DNA from: a virus
Taxonomy: Duplodnaviria; Caudoviricetes
IMG/VR virus record: IMGVR_UViG_3300045526_000254
Span: 1 to 64,000 of that record
DNA: 64,000 nucleotides
Direction: 5' to 3' (one strand)
Part shown: piece by piece, positions 21,494 through 31,010 of the stretch
Layout: each line of letters starts with the position of its first letter
Numbering within the stretch: position 1 is the stretch's first letter
Notes under the pieces: model-generated
Told to the model about the DNA's origin: nothing
Seen by the model: the letters and a program-made list of their open reading frames with translations, nothing else
Database searches by the model: none
Made by a program: the position numbers and the translations under genes

Positions 21494-22290
21494 TGTTAGG
21501 AACTTATTTTTATCACGAAATTATTCGAAAAGTTGTAATTGGATTTGGTACTTTGTTTAATGACATAGGTATTAGACATAAAGACTCTTCTGGAGATGTC
21601 ATAAGTCAAATTCAAGTTCCCATTAGATATGGACCAGTTCAAAAATTTCTAGCAAGAATAGAACAACAACCCGAACTAAACAAGGCAATTTCAATAACTT
21701 TACCAAGGATGTCATATGAAATGACATCAATACAATATGATTCTAGCAGAAAGTCTAATATAACACAATCATTTAAATCTTCTGATGGGACTAATTTAAA
21801 AAAAGTTTATCTACCTGTCCCTTACAATATTGGATTTCAATTAAATTTAATGTCAAAACTTCAGGATGATGCTCTTCAAGTTGTTGAACAAGTACTACCC
21901 TTTTTTCAACCATCTTTCAATTTAACAATTGATTTAGTTGATTCTATAGGAGAAAAAAGAGACATACCAATCGTATTAGATAGTATTAATTTTACCGATG
22001 ATTATGAGGGTGATTTTTCTACTAGAAGAATTTTAATCTATACATTTAACTTTACGGCAAAAACATATCTGTTTGGTCCCATTGCAGATAGTACAGATGG
22101 ACTTATTAAGAAAGTTCAGGTTGATCTATATAATGGCACTGACATTCAAACTACCAAGAGAGAAATGAGATATACCGTAACTCCGGATCCTATAGATGCT
22201 GGACCAGATGATGATTTTGGATTTAATGAAATTTGGGAGGTTTTTTCAGATTCAAGATCATATAGTCCTACACAACAACTGGACACATGA
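21493..22290 (+). CDS. gp15: Tail sheath stabilizer / completion protein gp15
   Basis: YFYHEIIRK...FGTLFN, LPRMS, VPYN, QVVEQVLPFFQP, DDYEGDF..RR...Y. Confidence 0.92.
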   Translation: MLGTYFYHEIIRKVVIGFGTLFNDIGIRHKDSSGDVISQIQVPIRYGPVQKFLARIEQQPELNKAISITLPRMSYEMTSIQYDSSRKSNITQSFKSSDGTNLKKVYLPVPYNIGFQLNLMSKLQDDALQVVEQVLPFFQPSFNLTIDLVDSIGEKRDIPIVLDSINFTDDYEGDFSTRRILIYTFNFTAKTYLFGPIADSTDGLIKKVQVDLYNGTDIQTTKREMRYTVTPDPIDAGPDDDFGFNEIWEVFSDSRSYSPTQQLDT

Positions 22291-22301
22291 TGAGATGGTA
22301 A

Positions 22302-22712
22302 ATGAATAATATTAATCAAGAGTTAGCAACTGATCTAGATGTTAATGCCATTGTTCAGATAGAAGACTCAAAGGACATATCTACAATAAAAGTTAATGAT
22401 ATAAAGAAAGATTATGAATATACTAGAGCAAATTTGTATTCTTTAATTGAAAAAGGGCAGCAGGCAATTAATGGAATTATGGAACTTGCTGAAGATAGTG
22501 ACTCTCCGAGAGCATATGAGGTTGCCGGACAATTAATTAAAAGTGTTGGTGATGTTACCGATAAACTTATAGATCTTCAGAAAAAACTAAAAGAAGTTGA
22601 AGAAGAATCAACAAAAACAACAAACAATGTTACAAACAATGCTGTTTTTGTTGGGTCAACTTCCGATCTTTCTAAATTATTAAAACAAGGTTTTCTAAAT
22701 AATAAAGAGTAA
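22302..22712 (+). CDS. gp16: Terminase small subunit gp16
   Basis: DYEYTRANLYSLIEKGQ, SPRAYEVAGQLIK, NNAVFVGSTSDL. Confidence 0.92.
   Translation: MNNINQELATDLDVNAIVQIEDSKDISTIKVNDIKKDYEYTRANLYSLIEKGQQAINGIMELAEDSDSPRAYEVAGQLIKSVGDVTDKLIDLQKKLKEVEEESTKTTNNVTNNAVFVGSTSDLSKLLKQGFLNNKE
22695..22701 (+). promoter_or_regulatory. Late promoter variant CTAAATA
   Basis: TAAATA core 24 nt upstream of the 22725 ORF. Confidence 0.55.
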
Positions 22713-22724
22713 TTACCTAGTTTT

Positions 22725-24524
22725 GTGCATAAAATTAAATCTCATAAAACAGTTGAGCAAATTGCAAAGAAGCATCGCCTTGATGTCTCTTTTATAAGTA
22801 ATCAACTTCGTATGGGAATTCCTATAGAATATGAGCACACTAGAGATAAAGATCTTGCAACTGATATTGCCTTGCAACATCTTGAAGAAATTCCTGACTA
22901 TTATACTCGCCTTAAAAAAATGGAGTCTTCTGCAAAAAAACAACATAAAAAGTTTAAAGATGTAAAAGAAGAAATTGATTTATTAGATGAAGGCAGGAGA
23001 GATAACAAAAAGTCTGGAGATCCTGGATATTCTCTTCGTGATTGGTTTAAGGGTGGTGGGTGGATACAAGTATCTGGAAAGTACAAGGGTAAACCATGCG
23101 CCAAACAACCAGGACAAAAAACAAAACCATTTTGTCGTGATGCCGATGATGCTGCGGCAATGAGTACATCAGAAAAAAAGAGAAGAACAGCAAAAAAACG
23201 TAAAGAAGATCCAAACCCTAACAGAAAAGGTAAAGCAAAAATGGTCAGAGAAAATTTTTTACAAGAAAAGAAAGATGCTTGTTATCACAAAGTAAAATCA
23301 AGATATAAAGTTTGGCCAAGCGCATATGCATCTGGGGCACTTGTTAAATGTCGTAATGTTGGATCGAAAAATTGGGGAACTAAATCTGAGGGAGTAGAAA
23401 TGATGAGATACTGTCCAAAATGTAAAAAAAATGAAACAAGGAGTGAATGTAAATACGGACCAAAATTCTGGGATATGTATTCTTTACCATCCATGCTAGG
23501 TAAAGACTACACTCCAAATACTCCACATCCTGGTAATTTTCCAGAATCTTATGACCATGAACATTCAATGGCCCGTTCAGAACTTTCGACGATTGTATCG
23601 GCAGCAAAAAGACTTCGTAAAAAGATGAAGGGTGAGGGTAATATTGAAGCATGGGTTCAGTCAAAAATTACAAAAGCAGCAGATTACTTAGACGCTGCTG
23701 CAGACTATGTAGATAGTGGGGAACATAAAGTTAATGAGTCTTCAAGTGTAGATTTTAAAAATTTAACAATTCGCGGCGGAAAGTCACCATTTAAAAGTCC
23801 AATACTTCCCGGAGAAAGGCGAGAAATTCCAAAGTTACAAGAACCAAATCTTAATATTCCAGGATCTGAAAATTTATTGAAACAGGCAACAAAAAATAAA
23901 AATAAAACAGTGCAAGTTGCACATTATGAACCAGAAGGTGAAATGATTGATGAAAAGTGTTGGCCTGGTTACAAGAAAAAAGGTATGAAAACAATGTTTG
24001 GAAAGAGATATCCAAACTGCGTTAAGAATGAAGAATATTCAAACTGGAGAAAGGAACTTTTCGAACAAAAAAATTATGTAATGCCACAGGCAAGTAAACC
24101 TGGAGCATATGCAGGAGGAGATAAGACACGTTCATACAGAGTCGGTGACACTATTCCAGTAAGTGCAACAAAACCAAGACCTAAACCTAATATAGACTAT
24201 AAACCTAATATGAACAATAATATTAGAAACGCAGGAGAAAAATATGGTAAAGAGGCATTTAAAGAAGATTGGCAAAAAATAAATCGTAAAGATAAAACTG
24301 ATGGTTTAAGTCAAGCAGCAGTTAATGCATATCGCCGCGAAAATCCTGGATCTAAACTTAAAACTGCAGTAACAGAAAAAAATCCAAAGGGAAAAAGAGC
24401 AGGAAGAAGAAAAAGATTTTGCAATCGTATGTCAGGAATGAGGTCAAAATTAACTTCGGCAAAAACTGCAAGAGATCCTAATAGTGATATTAACAAGGCA
24501 CTGCGCCGCTGGAGGTGCAGATAA
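22725..24524 (+). CDS. Modular, highly basic hypothetical protein (N-terminal DUF5661-like domain followed by several small K/R/C-rich modules)
   Basis: 599 aa. The N-terminal GI.IEYEHT...A..IALQHL.E.PDYY.RL pattern resembles DUF5661. The start codon (GTG) is uncertain. Confidence 0.7.
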   Translation: MHKIKSHKTVEQIAKKHRLDVSFISNQLRMGIPIEYEHTRDKDLATDIALQHLEEIPDYYTRLKKMESSAKKQHKKFKDVKEEIDLLDEGRRDNKKSGDPGYSLRDWFKGGGWIQVSGKYKGKPCAKQPGQKTKPFCRDADDAAAMSTSEKKRRTAKKRKEDPNPNRKGKAKMVRENFLQEKKDACYHKVKSRYKVWPSAYASGALVKCRNVGSKNWGTKSEGVEMMRYCPKCKKNETRSECKYGPKFWDMYSLPSMLGKDYTPNTPHPGNFPESYDHEHSMARSELSTIVSAAKRLRKKMKGEGNIEAWVQSKITKAADYLDAAADYVDSGEHKVNESSSVDFKNLTIRGGKSPFKSPILPGERREIPKLQEPNLNIPGSENLLKQATKNKNKTVQVAHYEPEGEMIDEKCWPGYKKKGMKTMFGKRYPNCVKNEEYSNWRKELFEQKNYVMPQASKPGAYAGGDKTRSYRVGDTIPVSATKPRPKPNIDYKPNMNNNIRNAGEKYGKEAFKEDWQKINRKDKTDGLSQAAVNAYRRENPGSKLKTAVTEKNPKGKRAGRRKRFCNRMSGMRSKLTSAKTARDPNSDINKALRRWRCR

Positions 24525-24832
24525 TGAAATCTTTTAAAGAATTTTTATCAGAAAGTATCAATATTGCCGGAGATTTCAATGGAAATCTTTACATGAATGC
24601 TCCACAACCTGAACAAGCAAACGAATCTTTTCTTGCCGATATAGTTTGGCAGGGGAGATTATATCGTATGGAAGTTGAAGGTAAAATGATGAACAAAAAT
24701 GAATTAGCAGAGCAATTACAGAGTGAGTATCCTGGAGCAATTGTTCATAATATTTACCCAGTAACATCGAATTCAGTAAAAATTAAAAACGCACAAAGAT
24801 ATAGACCAGAAAGTTTAACCTGGAGCGATTGA
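24524..24832 (+). CDS. Hypothetical protein with T4 capsid-targeting-like N-terminus (MKSFKEFLSE)
   Basis: The ATG overlaps the upstream stop (TAATG at 24522-24526), so 24524 is a better start than the GTG at 24515. Confidence 0.7.
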   Translation: MKSFKEFLSESINIAGDFNGNLYMNAPQPEQANESFLADIVWQGRLYRMEVEGKMMNKNELAEQLQSEYPGAIVHNIYPVTSNSVKIKNAQRYRPESLTWSD

Positions 24833-24835
24833 TTA

Positions 24836-26419
24836 ATGGCACAATGGAATAAATCTATACAAGATTATTTAAATCAAGAAAGAACACTTCATGAGGTTTA
24901 TATTCGTGCTGATGAATATGGAAACATACTAAACGAAAGTGCTTGTTCTAAATCTGCATTTGGAGAAAATCTTGCTATCCAATTAACACCAAAAGTTCAG
25001 GGTGACGCAGTTTATGGATTGAATCCAAGAGAGTTTGAGACTTACATATATAGTGCTAGTGGAATTGCCACAGACAATAACTGTCGATTTGTTGTAAGTG
25101 CTGGTTCAGATGCAAACTCATACGGGGTGATCAGAAGTACAAACTTCCTTCGATATCGTCCGGGACAAGGTGCTGTTGCTAGATTTACTGCATCATTTTC
25201 TAATAATCCGGTAGGATTTACTCAAAGAGTGGGATTGTTCAACCAAGAAAATGGTATTCAAGTTGGATATGCTCATACAAATGGAAAGTTTGGAGTACTT
25301 CGTGCTAATGGTGGAAAGGCACATATTCATGGATTTGACTTTACTACTTTAGCAGATGGAAATGTAACTGTTACTTTAAATGGAACTACATTTTCTGCAG
25401 TAACCTTAAATTCAGGATCACTTGCGGGTAACTTATCTCAACTAGTGCAAGGATTACGAGGACAAACACTTTTTAATGCACTATATATTGCAGAATATGA
25501 CCAGAGTAGACTGAGAGTTTTAGCAACATCTCTTGGAAATCAAACTGGAACATTCAATATCACAAGCACTGCTACTATTACATTTACAAACTCTCACCTC
25601 CAACAAGGAGCACCACAAATAGAAAAATGGACATTTCAAGAAGATTTTAATCTTGATAAACTTGATGGTACTGGTACGTCTGGGGTTGTCATAGATCCAT
25701 CAAAGTTAAATGTATATCAAATTAACTTCCGTTGGTTGGGTGTTGGTGAAATTAGATATGCTATGGAGAACCCTCACAATGGGGATATGTTCTTTTTCCA
25801 TCATGAACATTATACAAATAAAAACGAAACTCCTCACTTAGATAATCCATCAATGAAAATTGGATATGTCGCAGCAAATTTGAATAATGGAGTTGGAGTT
25901 GTTACTTGTAGAGGTGCATCTTTTCTTGGTGCGATTGAAGGGATTGTTGAAAGAACTCGTCTCCCATTTTCAGTGACAGCAACCAGGACAGATTCTATGA
26001 ACGTTCCTGGTTCTTTATATCATCTTGTTTCTCTTAAGAATAAACTTGTTTATCAAAATAAAATTAATACCAGAGATCTTATTATATCAAGACTTACTGG
26101 ATCAGTAAATACTACCGGTAATCCTGCAATTATTAGTTTGTATTATAATCCAACACTTGCAAACTACTTAAGATGGATCACGCAAACAGACTTTAATGCA
26201 TCGTTATATGCAACACAAGATAGCACTGGTGCATTTACATTAATTCCACAATCAATACCTGCTATCGCAGCTTTCCATGTATCCAATGGAGATACGATTG
26301 ATGTTAATTTAATTGATATGGGCATAAATATTCCACCAAACAGTTTTTTAAGTGCGGTAATTACATCTACGTCTAATATTACTGCTGCTAGTGCTTCATT
26401 CGTTTATGTAGAAGATTAA
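24836..26419 (+). CDS. Hypothetical beta-rich virion structural protein (RY-x-PG family)
   Basis: 527 aa in a late operon; RYRPGQG, FNLDKLDGTG.SG, YQINFRWLGVG motifs. Confidence 0.6.
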   Translation: MAQWNKSIQDYLNQERTLHEVYIRADEYGNILNESACSKSAFGENLAIQLTPKVQGDAVYGLNPREFETYIYSASGIATDNNCRFVVSAGSDANSYGVIRSTNFLRYRPGQGAVARFTASFSNNPVGFTQRVGLFNQENGIQVGYAHTNGKFGVLRANGGKAHIHGFDFTTLADGNVTVTLNGTTFSAVTLNSGSLAGNLSQLVQGLRGQTLFNALYIAEYDQSRLRVLATSLGNQTGTFNITSTATITFTNSHLQQGAPQIEKWTFQEDFNLDKLDGTGTSGVVIDPSKLNVYQINFRWLGVGEIRYAMENPHNGDMFFFHHEHYTNKNETPHLDNPSMKIGYVAANLNNGVGVVTCRGASFLGAIEGIVERTRLPFSVTATRTDSMNVPGSLYHLVSLKNKLVYQNKINTRDLIISRLTGSVNTTGNPAIISLYYNPTLANYLRWITQTDFNASLYATQDSTGAFTLIPQSIPAIAAFHVSNGDTIDVNLIDMGINIPPNSFLSAVITSTSNITAASASFVYVED

Positions 26420-26431
26420 AGGAGTTTTGTT

Positions 26432-28129
26432 ATGTCTGATAATATCTATCTTGGTAATCCCAATCTAAAAAAAGCAAATACTCAAATTGAGTTCACTGAA
26501 GATCAAATTATTGAGTTCTTAAAGTGTAAAGAAGATCCTGTTTATTTTGCCAAGAACTATATTAAAATTGTATCTCTTGATCATGGATTAGTTCCATTTG
26601 ATATGTATCCTTTTCAGGAAAAATTGATTCAAAATTTCCATGATAATAGATTTAACATTTGTAAAATGCCCAGACAAACGGGTAAGTCTACAACAGTTGT
26701 TTCTTATCTTTTACATTATGCAGTTTTTAATGACAATGTAAATATCGCTATTCTTGCAAACAAGGCATCAACTGCAAGAGATCTTTTGGGTAGATTACAA
26801 CTTGCCTATGAAAATCTACCAAAGTGGATGCAACAAGGTATCATTTCTTGGAATAAAGGATCTTTAGAACTAGAGAATGGATCTAAAATATCATCAAACT
26901 CTACTTCATCATCTGCAGTTCGTGGTGGATCTTATAATGTTATCTTTCTTGATGAATTTGCGTTTATTCCAAATCATATTGCAGACGACTTTTTTGCATC
27001 AGTTTATCCAACAATTTCCTCTGGTCAAAGTACAAAGGTAATTATTGTATCTACACCTCGCGGTATGAACCATTTTTACCGCATGTGGCATGATGCAGAA
27101 CGTGGAAAGAATGAGTATATACCAACAGATGTTCATTGGTCTGAAGTTCCTGGTAGAGATGAAAAATGGAAAGAACAGACGATTGCAAATACATCTGAAC
27201 AGCAGTTCAAAGTTGAATTTGAATGTGAATTTTTAGGATCAGTTAATACATTAATCAATCCGGCAAAACTTAAAAATTTTGTTTACGATGATCCTATAAA
27301 AAGAAATGCCGGACTAGATGTTTATGAAAATTCAAAGAAGGAAAACAATTATCTCATTACTGTTGATGTTGCTCGTGGAATTGGAAATGACTATTCTGCA
27401 TTCATTGTTTTTGATATCACCAATTTCCCCTATAAAGTCGTAGCAAAATATAGAAATAATGAAATAAAACCTATGCTATTTCCGAGCATAATTAATGAAG
27501 TTGCAAAGGGATATAATAATTCTTGGATTCTAATAGAGGTAAATGATATCGGAGATCAAGTCGCAAATATTTTACATTTTGATCTCGAATATGATAACAT
27601 TTTAATGTGCTCCATGCGTGGAAGAGCTGGACAAATTGTGGGATCTGGATTTAGTGGTAAAAAATCCCAATTGGGTGTTCGGATGACTGCCGCAGTTAAA
27701 AAATTAGGATGTTCTAATTTGAAAACTTTAATGGAGGATGATAAATTAATAACAAATGATTATGACATTATTTCAGAACTGACGACATTTGCACAAAAAC
27801 ATAATTCATTTGAAGCAGAAGAAGGATGCAATGATGACTTGGCCATGTGCCTGGTAATTTTTTCTTGGTTAGTCGCTCAGGACTATTTTAAAGAAATGAC
27901 GGACAATGATGTTCGTAAAAGAATTTATGAAGAGCAAAAAAATCAAATTGAGCAGGATATGTCTCCATTTGGATTTATTTCTGATGGTTTAGAAGATCTT
28001 AATGTAATCATCGATAATGATAGCGGAGATAGATGGATTTTTGCAGACTCAAAAAATCAGAACAATCCATTAGAAGTATGGAATATTGATGAATATGGTG
28101 ATAGATCTTATATGTGGGAATATCGATAG
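26432..28129 (+). CDS. gp17: Terminase large subunit gp17
   Basis: Walker A PRQTGKST, Walker B IFLDEFAF, STPRGMNHFY, nuclease motifs VDVARG and NDDLAM. Confidence 0.97.
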   Translation: MSDNIYLGNPNLKKANTQIEFTEDQIIEFLKCKEDPVYFAKNYIKIVSLDHGLVPFDMYPFQEKLIQNFHDNRFNICKMPRQTGKSTTVVSYLLHYAVFNDNVNIAILANKASTARDLLGRLQLAYENLPKWMQQGIISWNKGSLELENGSKISSNSTSSSAVRGGSYNVIFLDEFAFIPNHIADDFFASVYPTISSGQSTKVIIVSTPRGMNHFYRMWHDAERGKNEYIPTDVHWSEVPGRDEKWKEQTIANTSEQQFKVEFECEFLGSVNTLINPAKLKNFVYDDPIKRNAGLDVYENSKKENNYLITVDVARGIGNDYSAFIVFDITNFPYKVVAKYRNNEIKPMLFPSIINEVAKGYNNSWILIEVNDIGDQVANILHFDLEYDNILMCSMRGRAGQIVGSGFSGKKSQLGVRMTAAVKKLGCSNLKTLMEDDKLITNDYDIISELTTFAQKHNSFEAEEGCNDDLAMCLVIFSWLVAQDYFKEMTDNDVRKRIYEEQKNQIEQDMSPFGFISDGLEDLNVIIDNDSGDRWIFADSKNQNNPLEVWNIDEYGDRSYMWEYR

Positions 28130-28146
28130 ATTAAAGGCAGTAAATT

Positions 28147-28154
28147 TATAAATA
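28147..28154 (+). promoter_or_regulatory. Late promoter TATAAATA
   Basis: Exact consensus upstream of gp18; SD GGAG precedes the ATG. Confidence 0.8.
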
Positions 28155-28190
28155 CTTTTAGAATAATTCTGGACTTGTAGGAGAATAAAG

Positions 28191-30365
28191 ATGCCGCTAA
28201 ATTTAGCATCTCCTGGGATTGTAGTTAGAGAAATTGACTTAACAATAGGAAGAGCAAACCCATCATCAAATAAAGTTGCAGCTATTGTTGCACCTTTTGC
28301 CAAAGGCCCTATTAATGTACCCACACTTGTAGAAAATGAGAATGATCTATTAGTTAATTTTGGAGAACCTTATGCAGTAGATAAACATTATGAACATTGG
28401 TTAACAGCATCTTCGTATCTTTCATATGGAGGTTCTCTTAGAGTTGTCAGAGCTAATGATAGTGATTTAAGAAATGCTTTTGTTGGAACTGCTTCTAGTG
28501 TAAAAATTGATAGTTTAGATCACTATAATGCTTTAGGATATGATGAAAATACCCTTGCAGATGTTACTGTTGCTGCAAGAAACCCTGGTTCTTGGGCAAA
28601 TGGTATCAAAGTTGCCATTATTGACGGAAAAGCAGATCAAATTTTAGTTGGAGTAAGTACATCTAGCGTTGCAGTAGGTTGTGGAATAACTCAAGCAATT
28701 AGTTCTGTTCTTCCCGGAACTGGATCAACTTCAGTTCTTGACGGATATTTAAAAGGTATTGTTACGGGAATAGGTGCAAGTAGACTAGAGGTGAAAGTTT
28801 TAAGTCATGTTTCTTCTGGAAATACAGAAACCACTGTAGATTATCAACCTTCCGGTGTTTGGGCATTCTCCGCAACATCGCTCAATGTTTCTACTTCAGT
28901 TGGTTCAACACCAGGAACTGCAGTTACAGCAACATCAGTTCTAGATTGGTTTGATCAACAAACCATTGGAATTACCACATTATCAACAATTCCATGGAAT
29001 ACGATTGCACCAAGACCAGGAACAACTGCTTATGCAGATGCTAGAAATTCAAGATTTGATGAGGTTCATGTAGTAGTCATTGATACTTTAGGGTCCGTGA
29101 CTGGAAATGCAGGAACAATTCTTGAGAAGCATTTAGGACTTTCAAAAGGATCTGATGCAGAATTTTCTGTTGGTTCTCCATCATACTGGAGAAAATATAT
29201 TGCAAATAATTCCGATTATATTTTTGCATTAAATCAACCAACTGGAATTGTTACTACAGGTTATAGTTCTGGATTTACTCTAGTATCAGATGATGATTGG
29301 AATCAAGATACTGATGGAATTATTTTCGGAGCAATTGGATCTAATGAAGATAGTTTGTCAAGAGGAAAAGATTATGGTGGAGGATCCGATATTACCGCAA
29401 GTGGATCTTTAACAGCACCTTTATCTACTCTTTCTAGTGGATATACTTTATTTGAAGCCGATTCAACAGAATCTACTGATAATGATAATTATAAGATTGA
29501 TTTTCTATTAATGGGTTCCGCCGGATATGATATTACCACTGCACAAGCACTGGCAAATAAAATTATTTCTGTTGCAGAAATAAGAAAGGACGCAGTTGCG
29601 TTTATTTCACCATATCGGGGAGCAATTTTAACCGATACATCTAGTCAAACTGCAACCGCAATAAATTCTTCGGCAGATATTACTGAGAATTTAATAAGAT
29701 TCTATTCACCAGTTGCATCATCTTCTTATGCAGTCTTTGATAGTGGTTACAAGTATACCTATGATAGATTCTCAAATACCTTTAGATATATTCCTCTAAA
29801 TGGAGACATTGCAGGAATATGTGCAAGAAATGATATTAATAACTTCCCATGGTATTCTCCTGCAGGAACATCTAGAGGTGCAATTCTAAACGCAGTTAAA
29901 CTTCCATATAATCCAACAAAAGTTCAAAGAGATAGACTTTATTCCAATAGAATTAATCCAATAATCTTTTCTCCAGGATCTGGTATAGTCTTATTTGGAG
30001 ATAGGACTGGATATGCAAAATCTTCTGCATTTGATCGTATCAACGTTAGAAGACTCTTCATTTATCTTGAAGATGCAATTTCAAGAGCAGCAAAAGATGT
30101 ATTGTTTGAGTTTAACGATGAAGTTACTAGAACAAATTTTGTCAACACCATAGAACCATTTTTACGTGATGTGCAGGCAAAAAGAGGTATTTTTGATTAT
30201 GTTGTTGTTTGCGATGAAACAAATAATACCGCTGCAGTAATAGACAACAATGAGTTTATTGCTGATATATACATCAAACCGACCAGATCAATTAACTTTA
30301 TTGGTCTTAATTTTATTGCCACTAAAACTGGCGTTTCTTTTGAAGAAGTAATCGGAAACTTTTAA
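28191..30365 (+). CDS. gp18: Tail sheath protein gp18
   Basis: LASPGIVVREIDLT, PWYSPAG..RG, INVRRLF, FEFND..TR, YIKP.RSINFI.LNF. Confidence 0.97.
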   Translation: MPLNLASPGIVVREIDLTIGRANPSSNKVAAIVAPFAKGPINVPTLVENENDLLVNFGEPYAVDKHYEHWLTASSYLSYGGSLRVVRANDSDLRNAFVGTASSVKIDSLDHYNALGYDENTLADVTVAARNPGSWANGIKVAIIDGKADQILVGVSTSSVAVGCGITQAISSVLPGTGSTSVLDGYLKGIVTGIGASRLEVKVLSHVSSGNTETTVDYQPSGVWAFSATSLNVSTSVGSTPGTAVTATSVLDWFDQQTIGITTLSTIPWNTIAPRPGTTAYADARNSRFDEVHVVVIDTLGSVTGNAGTILEKHLGLSKGSDAEFSVGSPSYWRKYIANNSDYIFALNQPTGIVTTGYSSGFTLVSDDDWNQDTDGIIFGAIGSNEDSLSRGKDYGGGSDITASGSLTAPLSTLSSGYTLFEADSTESTDNDNYKIDFLLMGSAGYDITTAQALANKIISVAEIRKDAVAFISPYRGAILTDTSSQTATAINSSADITENLIRFYSPVASSSYAVFDSGYKYTYDRFSNTFRYIPLNGDIAGICARNDINNFPWYSPAGTSRGAILNAVKLPYNPTKVQRDRLYSNRINPIIFSPGSGIVLFGDRTGYAKSSAFDRINVRRLFIYLEDAISRAAKDVLFEFNDEVTRTNFVNTIEPFLRDVQAKRGIFDYVVVCDETNNTAAVIDNNEFIADIYIKPTRSINFIGLNFIATKTGVSFEEVIGNF

Positions 30366-30388
30366 TTAATTCAGAGGTTTAAAAAACT

Positions 30389-30979
30389 ATGGCAACCAGA
30401 AATCAATTAAATCCACCTCCATTAAGGAAGATTACGGATTTCAAAAGTAAGTTAACAGGTGGCGGTGCAAGAAGTAATCTTTTTGAAGTCGTTCTCTCTT
30501 TCCCAGATATTGCTCCGGCAAGTCCAAATGTTTTAGATAAGGCAAGATTTTTAGTTAAGGGAGCAAATTTACCTGCTTCGCAGGTAGCTCCTCTTGATGT
30601 TCCTTTTAGAGGAAGAACTCTAAAAGTTGCCGGAGATAGATCATTTGAAAGTTGGACTGTAACGGTTATCAACGATACTGACTTTAGCATTCGTTCTGCA
30701 TTTGAGAATTGGATGAATAAAATCAATCGTCTTTCTGACAATACTGGTGTAACAAATCCAAACTTGTATACTGCGGATGCTTTTGTCTATCAACTTGACC
30801 GTGATGGATCTACTTTAAGAGCATATCATTTTTATGATATTTTTCCAACTTCTGTTGGAGCAATTCAACTTGATTATGGAACTTCTACCATTGAAGAATT
30901 CCCAGTTGAATTCCAGATTCTCTGGTGGGAAGCTGTTAAAGGTAATTCTCCATCTGCTGGTGGAGATAATATCAACTAA
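30389..30979 (+). CDS. gp19: Tail tube protein gp19
   Basis: GGGARSNLFEV, VPFRGRTLKVAGDRSFESWTVTVINDTDF, IEEFPVEF. Confidence 0.95.
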   Translation: MATRNQLNPPPLRKITDFKSKLTGGGARSNLFEVVLSFPDIAPASPNVLDKARFLVKGANLPASQVAPLDVPFRGRTLKVAGDRSFESWTVTVINDTDFSIRSAFENWMNKINRLSDNTGVTNPNLYTADAFVYQLDRDGSTLRAYHFYDIFPTSVGAIQLDYGTSTIEEFPVEFQILWWEAVKGNSPSAGGDNIN

Positions 30980-30982
30980 ATA
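30976..30982 (+). promoter_or_regulatory. Late promoter variant CTAAATA
   Basis: Overlaps the gp19 stop, upstream of gp20. Confidence 0.55.
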
Positions 30983-31010
30983 GATCATACGGTTAATTTA
31001 AGTTTATAAA

